Position numbers and translations under genes: made by a program. A DNA stretch of 64,000 nt from Hydrolagus colliei (Eukaryota): contig CM068742.1 of the NCBI GenBank assembly GCA_035084275.1, positions 135,842,001 through 135,906,000 on the forward strand, read 5' to 3'. Position 1 is the first letter of the stretch. The number at the start of each line of letters is the position of its first letter. Below, one piece after another: positions 13,315 to 26,730 of this stretch. The notes below the pieces were generated by a model. The model ran no database searches. It saw only the letters and a list, made by a program, of their open reading frames with translations, and had not been told where the DNA came from.

Positions 13315-13620
13315 CAGGGAGCCTCGAGCGCGGCACGTGGTCGCCGCGTTGTCCTAGCGACGGCAGGAAGGCGGTTGAGCCGTCGCGCCGAGGAGGAGCG
13401 ATCCAAGATGGCGGCCGTGGGAGTGGATCCGTCTCCAGCGTCGTGCGAGGCGCCCCCACTGCTGACAATCCTCCACTTCAACGATGTCTACGAGGTCCAG
13501 TCGCGTTCGGAGGAACCCGTGGGAGGCGCGGCCAGGTTACGATCTTAACTTTTTTTTAATTAAAAAAAAACGCATTAATAACCGCGGTAACAAATTTCGA
13601 AACGGTGCCGTTTTGTTCTT
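13315..13620 (+). promoter_or_regulatory. CpG-island promoter / exon 1 of the Nt5el-like gene
   Basis: Locally CpG-dense in an otherwise CpG-poor window; E-box CACGTG at 13334-13339; YY1 consensus CAAGATGGCGGC at 13404-13415 overlapping the ATG. Confidence 0.65.
13408..13535 (+). CDS. NT5EL: Nt5el-like 5'-nucleotidase (UshA/CD73 fold, CG11883-type), exon 1 of 8
   Basis: aagATGG start; MAAVGVDPSPASCEAPPLLTILHFNDVYEVQSRSEEPVGGAAR contains metallophosphoesterase motif I (HFNDVY) and GG.AR; donor AG|gttacg, phase 2. The symbol rests on recalled synteny (Rgs7bp-Nt5el-Rnf180 in mouse), not on a search. Confidence 0.85.
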
Positions 13621-15590
13621 GAGAATAAAACACCCCAAATCGGGGAGGGGGAGAGAGAGAGAGAGGGAGGGAGGGAGGGAGGGAGGGAAAGCGTCGCCTT
13701 CTCTGCCAGGGTCTGACTTGCCCCTTTGCACCGGAGTCCAGCGAAGATCAAACCCACCAGGGCCGTCAGTAGGTCAAATAATAACCAAATAATAATAATA
13801 ATAATAATACACGCGTTTGAAATTGTGCCTCATCACACGGTTGAGGCGACTCAAACCGCCACACAGGATATACTGAGAAGTGAGTTGACTTGTTTTTTTT
13901 TGGGTGAAACGTGGCAGCCAATTACGCACATCAGAGTCCCACCAACAAAATGTAGGACAAGATATAATTATTGTAAGGGTATGACCCCCCCCCCCCCCCC
14001 CCCCCAATAGATGCATTTAAATGCTGGGGGTACATTAATAACAGCCAATTACTTACATTAATGCATTCTCCAATTCTCAGAGGGCAGTTTATGGAGATGC
14101 ATAAGATATTTGATGAGGAAGTAAGCCAAAACTTGTAGATCCACTGAGAAAGAGCAAGACAACACAGGCTTAAGGCTTGCAGAAGGCAATTTTAAGTCAG
14201 AATTCAAGATATATTTTGTTGACCTAGTAATTAATGACTGAACCAGGTAACAGGAAAGGAGAGAGATTAGATTCATTTCAGAAACAATTTGATGGTTGGA
14301 TGGGTATTCTGGAAAAATGATATTAATCTGGTTGAAAGGTCTGCTTCATCTGTGGTTTCCTTGTAACAACAAAGGATATCACAGAGGAAATATTTCCTTA
14401 AATCACACCTATTAGTGTGCCAAAGTGTTACTTAACAGGAAGCAATGCTCTATAAGGGAGCTGTAACTTTCACATTAGTTTTTTTTCCCCCATGCATGTG
14501 AAGAACAATTTGTAATGGAGTTGTTGGGAAATGAATAAACCAAAATCATATTTACATAATTGCAACAACTACCTGTAGCAACACTAATAGGGGCATATGT
14601 TTTACTACCTACTACTTTTGGTACCTGCAACACACTTCATTCATATAGGCCCATAGATCCTTGTTTGCTGATGACATCTTACTTCTGAAGTAATTGGAAG
14701 ATCCAACTGCAAAAACGGTGCCAAGTAAGTTAACAGCTGGGAAAATTAAAAAAAATGTCATTACAATTTGCTGTCAACAAATTGTGAAAAAAGTGGCATA
14801 AGGCAATTTAATGTTTGAACATCTCCGATTCAATCCTCCCTTCTTGCTTCAACACTTCCTTGGCTGATACTTTATTTTTTCTTTCTCAATTGGTGGCCTT
14901 GAGTGGCCCAATTGTATTTGTGTGAATGATTTATTCATTCTGCTTCCTTTTTCTTGCAACTTTGTTGTGTTCATTGCCCTTAAAATGAAACATAGATATT
15001 TAAAGTTACCCCGTCCTCGCTCAACTCCTCTGGCTTCTCATCACATAAAAGATTCAATTCAGTATTCAGGTTCTCACCTTCAAAGCTCTCCATGGCCTTG
15101 GACCCCCCACCCACCCCTCCAACCTCCTAAACCCCCTACCAACCTTCCATTCCCTCTGCTCAGAGGGCTCTGGCTTGCCCCACACGTCCTGACCTACCCT
15201 CCCCACCTTCAGCCACTCTACCCCCAACCTTTGGAATTCCATCCCGAAGTCCCTCCACCTTGCCCCCTCCCTAGTCTCCTTCAAGTCCCTCCTCAAGACT
15301 ACTCTTCGACAGCCCCATCGATCACCCCAAATCCCCCCCTTTTCCTCCACCCTCCCTGTCCCCAGCTCGGGTCTGAAACAATGACTGTGCAGCACCTTGG
15401 CTCATTCTCCTGACATTGTTGTTGTTTATTCTTCTAAACTTTGAATATAGGAAATGCACTGTCCTCTTCTAGGCAATAAAGGAAAATTCGTAATTTCGTT
15501 GCTGCTATTTAATTTTGAAAATATGGTCTTTTAAACTTAGTCAAATAATGTATTGATGCTATGCATTGTGTTACTTTTTAAAAAAAACAG

Positions 15591-15742
15591 ATTTGCTACA
15601 GCATTACGACAATTTAATCAACAAGACCCCCTGATTCTTTTCAGTGGTGACTGTTTAAACCCCTCATTGTTAAGCACAACAACAAAAGGACAACACATGA
15701 TACCAATTCTTAATGCTTTTGGAGTACAGTGTGCAGTATTTG
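15591..15742 (+). CDS. NT5EL: Nt5el-like 5'-nucleotidase exon 2
   Basis: Acceptor aacag|; (R)FATALRQFNQQDPLILFSGDCLNPSLLSTTTKGQHMIPILNAFGVQCAVF(G) contains the GD motif; donor G|gtgagt; phases match exons 1 and 3. Confidence 0.9.
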
Positions 15743-17712
15743 GTGAGTAAATATTGAACAACTTATTTAATTTTATTATTCTAGTAGCAAACTAGAAGCT
15801 ATTTATGGATCCTACAAGGTCCACCAATGGTCTATTTTCTTACAGGATGATATTATTCGCACCTGATAGAATTGGATTCAAGTAGTGGATGGCAGAATCA
15901 ACATGGCACATCAATTGATGCATCATCAATAAAAAACACAACTATAATTTGTTTTATATCGGTTTTATAGGGAGAAAGAAGGTTGGGGGTGAAACTGCCT
16001 CACCAAATCCTCTGTCTAGATGTCTTTTGGTTTGGATGTCATGGATTGTTACATGAAGTTGACTCTTAGCACAAGGTCACTTATCCTGAGCAACCTATAG
16101 GGTGCTATATAAGTACAAGTTGTTTTGGCTGTTGTTAAAGTTTGGTCACGATGTCTTGGAAACTTGGGTTCATGTGCAAATTAATCATTTCATAATTACT
16201 GGGAAACTGACAATATTCATGTGGAAGGAATGTGGAAATGTGTTTTCTTTTTCCCTGGGTGGAATCTTATATTTAATCTTGCACAACTTGATGCAGTTGC
16301 TCATCAAACCTCTTGCCTTATGTGATGTTAAGTTTCTCTCATGGAAATACTTCTCTGTGCATTCAGTATGTAATCTTAATGAGATCTACTTGCCTTCAAT
16401 CAGCTTGATTTGATGGTGGTTCATCAAAATCCCTGTTTGTATACAATACTTGGAACAAAATTGGTTATTCTATCATTTATGCACAAATTGATGGAACGAC
16501 AATTTTTGTTTAAATGTAGATATGTGGAAGCTATTAGAATTCTGTTACTGCCTCACTTATGGTCGTACCAATGCTTTATAAAGTATTGGAGTCATAATGG
16601 GTTCATCATGAGGAATTTTAACACCCTAAAAGTTGAGTGGACAGATTAGTGACAACTGGGAGAAGGTTTGAAAGTACATTTTCACTGAGGCAATCATTGA
16701 TTGCTACTTGACACAATATGTAAAATAGGCAACTGGAGTAGCAGCTGTACTGGATTTAGAATTTAGTAATGCACAAGGTTGATTAATGACCTGGAAGTTC
16801 AGAAGCACCTGGGATCTAGTGGTTGTTGTATCATTATAGATTTGGTAAATCAAAAACAATATCAAGGTGCATGATTTTAGAGAGCAAATATGGAGCTATG
16901 AAATAGTAATATAAAAATAATCTGCATTTGATATAGTGCCTTATCATGTCGTTGAGATGTCTCCAAACGTTTTACTAAATATACTGAAAATTGTATTGAC
17001 TGTGTACTTTATGAGTGAAATGCAGCAGCAAATTGAGTACAACAGTTTCCCACAAACAATTGTGGATTGAGCGATCAAATTGTTTTGGGGGAGGGATCAA
17101 TATCCCTGGAAAGCAATTCGCCAATTGTTTAAACACCAGGTTCCTATTTACTGCAAGAATAATCTTAAATATTGGGGTTGATACAAAAACCGTTGACATT
17201 ATTTAATAGAAATGGGAAAGGTATGATTACATGTGGCAGCAAGAAGGATCCTAAAAAAATTTCAGGTTATATAAATACTGTGGTAGAATGTGAATGTTAC
17301 AGCATGCAGATCAATTAGGAATCAATTAAGTAAAAATTTGTAGATGAGTTAATGCCGAGTTAGTGATTGGATTTAGCCTCTGTTTACTTAGCAGTTCGTA
17401 CGAACCCACTTGTTAGTCAATTGGCGGATTGCTTTTCCAGGGATAATAATCTCTTAAAAAAAGTAATTAAAAAAAAATAACAATTTGGTTATTCAATCCA
17501 CAATTGTTTGTGTGACTCTTCTGTACGCTGTTGGCTGTCGTTTCGACTACAAAATATACAGTCTTTACAGTATACAAATATACAACTTTACAGTATAACC
17601 GTTGAAGCACTTTGAGACATCCTGAATACATGATATATCAAATGCAAGGGATTAACTTTTTGATTTTCGTATGCCAATACAGAAAATGTGAATAAGGAAA
17701 CTAGTACTAGTA

Positions 17713-18330
17713 CAGTAAAAGCCCTTTTATCCGATCAACCGTAACTTCCGTATAACCGGCACCTCAAAAAAAGGGCCCCATTTGATTAACCGGATCTGGC
17801 ACAATGTATCAGTATCAGTATTTTGGAATGCTGCTACTAGTGGTGCTGCCGTTTTTTTCCCTCACAGAGTACATTACGATTACTTCTTGAATGCTGCTGT
17901 AGTAGTGCTGTGTGTGTGTATGTGTGTGTGAAAGAGAGAGGGAAGGAGAGAGAGAGAGAGGGAGTGAGTTGATTAATTTAGATGGATAATTAGAGAAGTG
18001 GAGGGGGTTTGGGTTTGGAGCCATTGAGATGCCAGACTGACTGTGTGTGTGAAAGAGAGAGAGAAAGAGAATAAAAGGAGAGTACCACTTTGATTGTATG
18101 CTAGGTTTAAAGACTGTGATTGATATTTATTGCTTTATTGGTAAGTATCCATACAATATTCTGTTATTATTTAGTCTATTATTAATATGGTATGTTCTTT
18201 TAAAAATTATTTTAAAAGTTTATTAAAAAAAATTGGGGGGTTTGTTTTGTGCTTTTGGCTCAATATCCAAACTGCGCTTTAACCGGCATTGGCCAGGTCC
18301 CGAGGATGTTGGATAAACGGGCTTTTACTG
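17713..18330 (-). mobile_element. Non-autonomous Tc1/mariner (pogo/Tigger-like) MITE, copy 1
   Basis: TIRs cagtaaaagcccttttatcc / ggataaacgggcttttactg; TA on the left; internal sequence is the reverse complement of copies 2 and 3. Strand is relative only. Confidence 0.85.
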
Positions 18331-18429
18331 CATACGGAAGTTAGTAAAACAGCAAAATTACATTTATAGAGCGCCTTGCATGTTGGGAGGATGTCCCAAG
18401 GCGCTGAACAGTCAGGTCGGGACATATTA

Positions 18430-19053
18430 CAGTAACAGCCCGTTTATCCAGCACCCTCGGGACCTGGCCAATTGCCGTTAAAGAGTGTGCCGGATATTCG
18501 ACTGAAAACCCAACACATTTAAAAATAAAAAAAAATCTAATAATAGACCAAATAATAACAGAATATTGTATGGATACTTACCAATAAAGCAATAAATATC
18601 GATTACAGTCTATAAACAAAGTTTTTTTTCTTTCTCTCCCTCCTTCCCTCTCTCTCTTTCACACACACAAAGTCAGTCTAGCATCTCAATGGCTCCAAAC
18701 CCAATCCCCTCCACTCCTCATTTTCCATCTAAATTAATCAACTCCCCCACCCTCTCTCTACCCCACCCTCTCTCTCCCCCACCTCTCTCTCCTGCCCCCT
18801 CTTTCCCTCTCTTTCTCCCACCCTACCGCAGCATTCAAAAGTAATCGTACTGTACTCGCTGTGAGGGAAGAAAATGGCAGTGCCACCTTCAGGCACTAGT
18901 AGCAGCATACCGAAATACTGATACTGTACAAGAGAAAAAAAATGTGATTGTGCCAGACAAGACCTGATTAATCGAATATGGACCTTTTTTTTTGAGGTGC
19001 CAGTTATACGGAAGTTACGGTTGATCGGGTCACGGATAAATGGACTTTTACTG
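18430..19053 (+). mobile_element. Same MITE family, copy 2
   Basis: TA|cagtaacagcccgtttatcc ... ggataaatggacttttactg|TA. Confidence 0.88.
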
Positions 19054-21542
19054 TACATACTACAGATGTTGTGCAAAGATCTAAGGGTTTAAATGTTTAC
19101 AAGACACCTCGGCCTGAGGTTCAAACAATGACAACAACGAGGAGATTAGTGCTGTTCTGGGTATTACTTTGGGAGTTTAATTTACAGTACATTACAGTAC
19201 ATTGATAATGGGAGAGAAGCAAATATTATTCCACTGTTAAAGATGAGTAAAGCACAGATTTGGAAATTACATTAATTAAAACATTAACAATGCTGAACGA
19301 ATAAATGGAATCATTTGAGAACATAAACGGGATGTAACCAGAGATCATCTGAAGACAATTGATGTAAGGAACATTTGGCATGATTTTGAAGCAGTTGTTG
19401 ATGTCTGACATTTACTGGAATTTTACGAGGCGGTAAATTAAGATAATGGTTGAGTGCTATTCAACTGATGGTTTAATTGGATTCTCAGAAGTAAGTTGAC
19501 AAATACCTTCAAGTGTGGAAGGGTTAAGGCTCACGGAATAGATATCAAATTATTCAGACTGATTGAAAAGTAGTGCAGCAGTAGGAGACAAGGATGGACT
19601 TCTTCAAGGTTATGTTCTGCGTGACCTTTTCTAAAGCTCTGTCAGTTGTTTGGCAGAGGATGTCTGCAGAGAGTATTATCACATTTGTCTATGGTAAAAG
19701 TTTTTTTGGCAAGTAAAAGAGAGGTTAGGATTCATAAGTGGATGAGCTGAGAAATGGCATATTGTCATATTGCCAGTGGATAAATGAAATTTAATGCAGA
19801 TAGAAAGAGGAAATGGTTAAAAAAAACAAGGTTATCTATCAGGATGTTATTATTGAAACCATGATGGCATATAATAAATCTGAAATGGTTGTCAACAGGC
19901 AAATGGATCAATTAGTGTGATGATTTTGTACTATAAATTAGAATGTGAATGTTAATGGGTATATGTCAGGGTGATCCAATCTGTTGGCTGCTGAGGGCCG
20001 GATGTTAGATTTGAGAAACGTCCACGGATTACATAACCAATATATTTGTGTTTCCCTTCCTGAATGTAATCTGTAAGAATCACATAGAAATAGTTTGTTT
20101 TATGCAGTGTAACTATATATTTAATTTCACTTTATTTTAGTTGCAATGCAAACTTTAAGCAATTGATATAAATTTAAAAATAATGATCCAGTTAGTTAGA
20201 AAACAAGAGTTTTCTTGAACTCTGAAAGAAAGAGTTAAGTGAATTAAAATGCACATAATTTAATATGTTTAACAATGAGCAAAATAATGATGATCTCAAA
20301 TGGAAATAATTTTATGTTTTAAAATCAAAATACTAGATATCAACTCAGCATGAGAGGTGTGAGATGGGTTAGGCAGGAGAGAGGAGAGGAGCCAATTTTT
20401 AGGTAGTCATGTTTGCATTGATGTCACTTTATTATGACATCGAGATGTCCCAAAGCACTTTGTAGGGTTTTACTATGAAATATAGTTAATGAGCAGAACA
20501 ATCTAATTTTTGTTCTTGGCAAAGCCATTACCACACATTGTCTGAATAATTCATTTCATTCTTCATCAATCCCACCTTGCAATAAGGAAGCCTTTTGGCT
20601 CAATGATGGAGCCTTTTACAAGGTTTGCTGCTGCCTCTTGAGCACCTTTTAAGTATGTTTCTGTTGACCAGCTGCAGTTCTTGTACCTTGTTCAAACATT
20701 ATTGCTTGGACCTGACAGCATGGACCTGACATTGCCTTTGTTATGTCAGTTTTGGAAACCGAAGACTGTAGCCCCACAACAAGCAAAGTTCTAATGTTAA
20801 ATGCCACCACTGTAGAGGATATTTTTGAAACATGCCAACCCTGTCTTGGAATTGTGAGAACACAGCTTTATTGGTTAAAGATAAAGTGAGCTAACATTTT
20901 AAGTGTGATCTTTTGCCAATCCCTATTATGTGGAGATACTCAAGGGATCAATGATTCACATGATTTTTATTTCTAACGTTTTGATTCTTAGCCCAACATG
21001 AAAATTAATACCTTAACCCAACATAATTGTTTTTTTAAAGAAAATACTGTATAAAGGTAGGTAAATATTTAAAAGTACATTTTCAACTGAATTATGTGGA
21101 CAGTCTATTGAATATCCAGCAATATTAACTAAAAATAATAATCCTTGGATTTGATATAGTGCGTTTCACGTCTTCTAGACATCTCAAAGTGTTTCACAGA
21201 ATATACTGTAAAGTGAATTGACTTTATATTTGCAGTGGACACATGGCAGCCAAGGGTGCACAGCAGTGTCCAACAAACAGTCGTGGATTGAAATGAGCAA
21301 TTTATTATTTTTTGGGGGAGGGATTATTATTAGGCGTGTGGAGTAAGGAAACTTGCCCAAGGTTTCGCTCTGATCTGCCTGAATAAAACTATTCACTTTG
21401 CATATGACTTATTTTCCCATTGCTTACAAACTTTGATATTAATGTAAAGATTATGGAATTTATTTCTGTTCTATTGATGAGCTGTTGATACTCTGTTGAT
21501 ATATTTTTGAAAATTTCAGAGACCTAATTTTTTCAATTATAG

Positions 21543-22126
21543 GAAATCATGAATTTGACTTTGGAGTTGATCTGCTAGAAGAATCTGCATCACTGATGAA
21601 TTTCCCTTGGTTGCTCAGCAATGTATTTGACTTATTTACTTTGCGGCCATTAGGACATGGTTTGGAGAACAGGATAATTGAATGGAATGGTGTAAAAGTG
21701 GGCCTAATAGGATTAGTGGAAGAAGAATGGCTTGATACCTTACCAACTGTTGATAAGTCAAATGTGAATTACATTGATTATGTTCGTGTTGCTGACCAAC
21801 TTTCCAAAGAACTTCGAGTCAAAGGAGCAGAACTTGTGATCGCTTTGACGCACATGAAATGGAGTAATGATATAAGACTTGCAAAGCACTCCGAGGGATT
21901 GGATTTGGTGCTTGGAGGCCACGATCATGACTATGACATCAAAGAGGTTAATGGAATTCTTATTGTGAAAAGTGGATCCGATTTTAGAACTCTAACTAAA
22001 ATTGACATTGTAAGAACTCCCGTAAAGAGTTTCAAATACACAACGCAGAAGATAGTTATTACAAAAGATGTGGAAGAAGATGATTTTGTGAAAAGCATTG
22101 TCCAAGAGTTTACCTTCAATCTTGAG
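21543..22126 (+). CDS. NT5EL: Nt5el-like 5'-nucleotidase exon 3
   Basis: Acceptor ttatag|; GNHEFDFG...FPWLLSN...LVIALTHM...LVLGGHDH...KSGSDF contains the GNHE, H and GHxH metal-binding motifs; donor GAG|gtacgt. Confidence 0.95.
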
Positions 22127-22434
22127 GTACGTTAGTAACAATTTTAAGTATCAGTTGTATCCTTTCTTCCCACTGTTTTAACCTAATAAAAAAGGTTAGA
22201 AATTTAACACCAAGTTATGATTTAGTTTTATAATGAAACTTGTTGCTTTTTGGATTAATTGAAAACATTATAAGTAAATAAATCTGTCATGGCTCAGTGG
22301 CTCAAACTATCAGGAATTTGTAGCGAAAAATGAAAACATTCCTATTTTAATAAATGTTTTAAATAAACATGTTTTAATACCTTCTTAACAATATTAGAAA
22401 GCTTCACTGGAGTGGTACAGTTTGACATTGAGTA

Positions 22435-23043
22435 CTGGTATCCCTCCCCAACCGCGGGCAATATGTTCCTGAAAACCTCCGCGGTTAGTAAAACCGCGGT
22501 TGGAAAATGCAGGGCCCTATGGGAAACATGGGGATAGGGGGAGTAAGTTTGCTTGTCCTTGAACTAAACACCAAAAAATTCATGTTATTTACCTAAATCC
22601 TAATGATGATGATGATGGGGGAGGTGCTTGTTGCGTGCTGTTACAAGGAACAGGGGCCCTACGCTTCCTCTGCCTCCTCCTCCAGGTCATAAATCACCGA
22701 TGAGTGCGAGGTGGGTGGATGTGGAGAAGGTGGTGTGGTGGGTGACACCGAGGTGGGTGGATGTGGATGGAGAAGGTGATGTGGTGGGTGACACCGAGGG
22801 GGTGGATATGGATGGAGAAGGTGGAGTGGCGGGGGACACGGAAGGGGGTAGATGCGGAGAAGCGACATCGTGGCTGGTTGATTGCGACATCGCAACTGAG
22901 TCCTAGTGCCAAACGCTAGTGTTAGTGTTAAAACCTATGGATACACAAAACCCATTGCCATGGTTGGCAAGGGTCGTCACAGCGAGCCAACCGTCGATAA
23001 GTGAAATTTGCGGTAGAAAAAAACGGTTGGGGTGTGGTACCTG
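22435..23043. mobile_element. Second non-autonomous Tigger-like DNA transposon with an internal tandem repeat
   Basis: TA|ctggtatccctccccaaccg ... cggttggggtgtggtacctg|TA imperfect TIRs; internal ~45-bp tandem units at ~22710-22860. Confidence 0.7.
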
Positions 23044-25858
23044 TAATTCTGCAATGTGCTTGTTTAAGGGGAAGTCATATTAACCATGCACATTGTGAAA
23101 GGTTACCAAATCAGAATCTTTGCACTTGATATTAAGCTTTACCAGATCTCAATATCCCAAAGTGCTTAATAGGAGTTTAATATAAAGTTCACTGACTATT
23201 TGTAGGCAAAATGTGCCAAGTACCTGTATCCAGAAGTCAGTGACCAATTTTACTTGGAGAGTGGCCAGAATATCGGAAGATGTCCCTTTTCCTTCAAAAA
23301 GAAATTTGAATAAAATTCAAGATGCAACTTTGCTTTGATATGTTTAACTTCAAGCTCATTCTTAAGAGGTGCATCATAGTTTAAGATAAAGCCTGCTTTC
23401 CTGTCTCACCACCTTCAAAAACTTGCCGAAATATATTTTCTTTTGATTGTGCTTTCAGTCACCTTTCTCCCTACTCCCTCAGCTCCTCTCCATGCAGGGT
23501 AATGGAGGCAGATCATGAAGCGGGACATTATCTGTAGGCGCTGTATTTTGTTGTAATTAATTATACCCCACAGAATCTATGGTAAGCAACTAAATAGTTC
23601 ACCAAAACAAAATCTTTGAATATTCTTGAGTTTAGAGGATTGAGTGGTGATTTGATAGAGGTTTTTAGGATGATAAAGGGATTTGATAAGGTAGACAAAG
23701 AAGCTATTTCCTCTGGTGAGGGAATACAAAACAAGGGGACATCGTCTTAAAATTAGAACCAGGCCATTTAAGAGTGAAATTAGGAAGCATTTTTTCACTC
23801 AAAGGGTGGCAGAAATATGGAATTCTCTACCTCAAAAGGTTGTGGATGCTAGATCCATCTGGACCTTCAAGAGTGAGGTTGGTACATTTTTGGTAGGTCA
23901 ACAACAAAGTTACAGTTGTAGAGCGCCTTTCATCCCAAGGATGTCCCAAGGCATTGGGGAAGAGAGAGGTGACCACAGATGCAGTCGACAGCATAGCACC
24001 ACTATCTAGCACCCATATAAATATAGCATCCATATAAATATAGCATTGCAATGATTATCTTTCATTTGGTTTGATTATGCAGTGACTTTGAAAATTTCAC
24101 TTGAGCATTTAATTGTGAGCTCAGTTGACTCTTAAATCACTTGGATTATCATCAGCGTATAGCCCAAATTGTTAATTAAAATCAAATCCATTTGGAACTG
24201 GAATGAGAAATTAAGTTTGTTTTTATCTTTAAATATACAGTAATGCAAATAAGGATTAACTGTCAAATAGTATTATCCTGTAATTAAGATTGTATTTATT
24301 AGCAAATGGGTGTCAATTAATTGAGTTGTTCTTGAAGCATCAAAGGATTTAATGAATTAAGTCCAATGGGAATGATCACTAACATCAATGTGTTAATACC
24401 ATGATATGAAAGGGAAAGATAAGAATATATTTTAAAATTATACTCTACAAATTTTGTTTCCAACCTAAGAATTTTGAATGATCCAAATATTTAGTTACAT
24501 TGCTGTACATATTATCCCTTTGTGTTATGGAAGAACATATTTACAGTGCGTGTCATGTTATAAATCTGGATTTGTGACATATACTCTTGGCCTTGGTATC
24601 CATGTTGATTGGTATGCAGAGAGGTAAGTAGCTGTTGCACGAATTCTGCAATTCTAAACTGTTTGTTTAATGTGTCTGAGCTGTTGACAGGGGAATGGTG
24701 GCAATATCCTTGGAGTTGCCAGCTATAATATGATATACAATACTTGGCAACAGCCTGTTGGAATTGAGTCAGCCTTCTGTGGTGGTCTCATAACTCTATT
24801 TCCTGAGCCAGGTGGGTCAACAGTACTCCAAGGCATTGCTGTTAGCAAAGTAGCCAACTCAGCTCATCATTCAAAATTTGGAGTGACAGAATCCCAGATT
24901 ATCGATTAGAATGGGAATTCTTCCCACTTGGCTCTTGATAACCTTGCAAACCAAAGCCCAAATGAGTCAAGTGGTCAAGCAGAGAATAACTTACCTGAGT
25001 GTTCTCAATGACAAGCTAGGTAACTTTAGTTGTTTAAATTCCAGCAATACACCAACCCACACTGGGGGCTAGCAAGCCTTGGCTCTAACCAATGTGCACG
25101 TAATATTTATTGAATATTTCTATGTGTGGGTTGTATACATACATGGAATTCTATCCACTTTTACATATTGTAACAAAGTTTACGTCTCAGACAAACCAGC
25201 TGATCAAAAAATTGTAAACATCCTTATCAATTATGTGATTCTGTCACTATGGATTTATGGTGAAGTGCATTGGATCAAATGGATAGAAGGCCCTATAAAC
25301 TGGTCATGTAGGAAATCTGAAATAACTATTCAAAAAGATGCAAGTGAAATCCTTTTTATCTGTTTTTTATGGTGTTTTTATATTTTCTTAACTACTTTGG
25401 GTATATAGGATCATATTGTTCATGCTGGTTATTTTTATATTGTTTTTGAAAAAACTAAATAATAAATCCATAATGGAAGTTGTTCTTGAAGCATCAAAGG
25501 ATTTAATGAATTAAGTCCAATTAAAATTATGTTAAATCAGCTGATTCCTGAATACTATCTGTGACTGATGTTAAATATTCTTGGAAAAAATCTTAAGTAA
25601 AATTTCACTAAAGAGACTACTGAGTGCACACCTGAAAAGTTGTTGTAAGTGTTACATTTATTAAATGAATCAATTCAGAACCATTGGCATTGTCTTGAAA
25701 ACCAACATAAATATTTTCCCCTACTATTGTTTATTTCATACTTTCTATCAATAATAAAATTGAAGTAAACTTGTTTTTTTGAATACTCATTAACAATAAA
25801 TGACATAAGGAACAACTATCTAAATTTGCTATAAATAGACTTTGTTTTATTTCTCCAG

Positions 25859-26006
25859 CATCAATTCGCAGAAGTGCTCTGTCAAATAGATGTAGAATTG
25901 GATGGACGCTTTGCCACCGTGCGAAAATCAGAGAGTAGTTTAGGAAATCTCGTTACAAATGCAATGTTGGAAGCTACTCATGCTGATGTGGCATTGCTTA
26001 ATTCAG
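25859..26006 (+). CDS. NT5EL: Nt5el-like 5'-nucleotidase exon 4
   Basis: Acceptor ttctccag|; HQFAEVLCQIDVELDGRFATVRKSESSLGNLVTNAMLEATHADVALLNS(G), the start of the 5'-nucleotidase C-terminal domain; donor G|gtatat. Confidence 0.92.
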
Positions 26007-26139
26007 GTATATTCTAATTCATCTTGTTTACAATATTAAATTATATGCTAAATTAGCGCATTTCTAAAAAGAAGTCACTTAAGATAAGATTTGCAGGGTT
26101 GTTAGTGTGTTGTTACCTTTTATTACCTTGCATATTATT

Positions 26140-26730
26140 CTGCCATTCCCTCACCCCTCAGGTTGCCGAAACCCTCATCCAGTCATTCATTACATCTAGG
26201 CTTGACATCACATCCCTGCTTGTTGCTTTCCCAACTCTTTACTTCACAAGTTGCAGATCATCCAGAACTCTGCAGCTTGTGTCCTCTCCCACACCAGGCT
26301 CTGTGACACCATCATCTTAACCTTGCCCACCTCCACTAGCTCCCCACCTCGCAGAAGATAGAATTCAAAATCCTCATCCTTGCCTTCAAAGCCCTCCAAG
26401 GCTTTACTCCTTCCTACCTCTCCGATTTACTGACCCCATATCAAACTGTCCACTCACTCCACTCAGCAGGATGCATCCTGCTCCATGTCCCCCCCATCTG
26501 ACCCACTCCACCAAGCCCTTCAGCCTTTCTGCCCCCGCCCTTTGGAACTCCATCCCACATTCCCTTTGCCTCACTCCCCTTACCTCCTTCAAGGAGTGTT
26601 TCAAAACCCTCCTCTTCGACCGCGCCTTCAGCTGCCCTCTACCTTCTCCGATCCTAAGTACAAATCCCTAACTGTTCAGCCCTTGGGAAATCTTGAAAGG
26701 CGCTGTACAAATGTTATTTTGTTGGTTTTG
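26140..26730 (+). mobile_element. L2 3' fragment
   Basis: LTPQVAETLIQSFITSRLD; FSLSAPALWNSIP; L2 tail. Confidence 0.85.
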
